From: Candidatus Bathyarchaeota archaeon
Lineage (GTDB): Archaea; Thermoproteota; Bathyarchaeia; 40CM-2-53-6
Assembly: GCA_963833125.1 (NCBI GenBank)
Contig: CAWHWX010000018.1
Coordinates: 32,001-96,000, forward strand
Length of the DNA: 64,000 bases
Reading direction: 5' to 3'
In this document: positions 63,254-64,000 of the stretch, in pieces
Layout: each line of letters starts with the position of its first letter
How positions within the stretch are numbered: position 1 is the first letter of the stretch
Notes under the pieces: model-generated
Databases searched by the model: none
What the model saw: the letters and a program-made list of their open reading frames with translations, nothing else
What the model was told of the DNA's origin: nothing
Program-made: the position numbers and the translations under genes

Positions 63254-64000
63254 TTGGGCGTTGACCTAGCTGATATCATACCAGAACAAGTAGTCACCCT
63301 CGACAGCCTCTCGAACAGAACTCTGGCAGTGGACGCTTACAACGCGCTGTACCAGTTTCTAGCGATCATTAGACAACCAGACGGCACACCCCTTCAGGAT
63401 AGACGCGGAAGAGTAACAAGCCATCTGAGCGGTTTATTGTACAGAACCACGAACCTGGCGGAGAAAGGGATCAAACTTGCTTTCGTTTTCGACGGTAAAC
63501 CACCTGAAATGAAGGCAATGGAGATTCGCAGGCGCCGCCGAGTCAAGGAAGAGGCGATGACCCACTATGAGACAGCTCTCAAGGAGGGAAAACTTGAGGA
63601 AGCTCGAACATACCCGCAAGCCACCTCATCGCTGAAGGATTTGATGGTGGAAGATGCCAAGAAGCTTCTTGACGCTTTGGGCGTTGCTTGGGTACAGGCA
63701 CCATCAGAAGGCGAGGCCCAAGCCGCATTCATAGCGGCACGTGGAGAAGTTTGGGGAGTAGCTTCTCAAGACCATGACTCATTGCTATTCGGCGCGCCGA
63801 GAATGGTCAAGAATCTTGCAATTACCGGGCGCAGGAAACTGCCGCGCCGGGACGCCTATGTTGAGGTCGAACCAAAGGTTATCGAATTAGTCCGAGTTCT
63901 CGATTCATTGTCATTGACTAGGGAGCAGTTAATTGATGTGGGGATATTGATTGGGACGGATTTCAACCCTGATGGGACTAAGGGGATAGGTCCCAAGACA
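63254..64000 (+). CDS. fen: Flap endonuclease 1 (partial, runs off the window end)
   Basis: Manual translation: MGVDL..AVDAYNALYQFLAIIRQPDGTPL..TSHLSGL..VFDGKPP..APSEGEAQAA..SQDHDSLLFGAPR..GTDFNPDG.KGIGPKT. Confidence 0.96.
   Translation, partial: MGVDLADIIPEQVVTLDSLSNRTLAVDAYNALYQFLAIIRQPDGTPLQDRRGRVTSHLSGLLYRTTNLAEKGIKLAFVFDGKPPEMKAMEIRRRRRVKEEAMTHYETALKEGKLEEARTYPQATSSLKDLMVEDAKKLLDALGVAWVQAPSEGEAQAAFIAARGEVWGVASQDHDSLLFGAPRMVKNLAITGRRKLPRRDAYVEVEPKVIELVRVLDSLSLTREQLIDVGILIGTDFNPDGTKGIGPKT

Noticed and set aside
1-64000. CRISPR array, rRNA, tRNA, selenocysteine or pyrrolysine readthrough
   Set aside because: No spaced repeats, recognisable RNA gene motifs or in-frame stops within conserved domains were seen by eye. 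A covariance search would be needed to exclude small RNAs.

Overview
Archaeal DNA, most consistent with a TACK lineage such as Bathyarchaeia (inference from CDC48, EF-1beta, TFS, FEN1, a geranylgeranyl reductase family gene and TATA boxes about 30 nt before start codons). Positions ~1-42 kb form a dense catabolic region for nitrogenous or heterocyclic compounds. It holds a formamidase-like gene, a class III aminotransferase, APC, Liv-type ABC and MFS transporters, isochorismatase-like and CodA-like hydrolases, a PyrB fused to the PyrI zinc domain, a cyclic amidohydrolase, two Mo-hydroxylase sets, ATP-dependent hydantoinase/oxoprolinase A/B, a sarcosine/proline dehydrogenase-like complex, ProC, two CoA-transferase pairs, an M20 hydrolase, LLM oxidoreductases and a SAMP/MoaD. 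At ~42-43.4 kb there is a cluster of zinc-finger microproteins and an IS6-like miniature element. From ~43.4 kb the content is more core-like: TFS, two YgeW-like transcarbamylases flanking carbamate kinase, trxB, FadF/EMO-EtfBA, GGR, cdc48, EF-1beta and a partial fen1. More than 20 apparent frameshifts occur; about half fall at CGCG sites, suggesting long-read errors caused by CGCG methylation. No rRNA, tRNA or CRISPR array was recognised. All family calls come from motif recognition by eye, not database searches.
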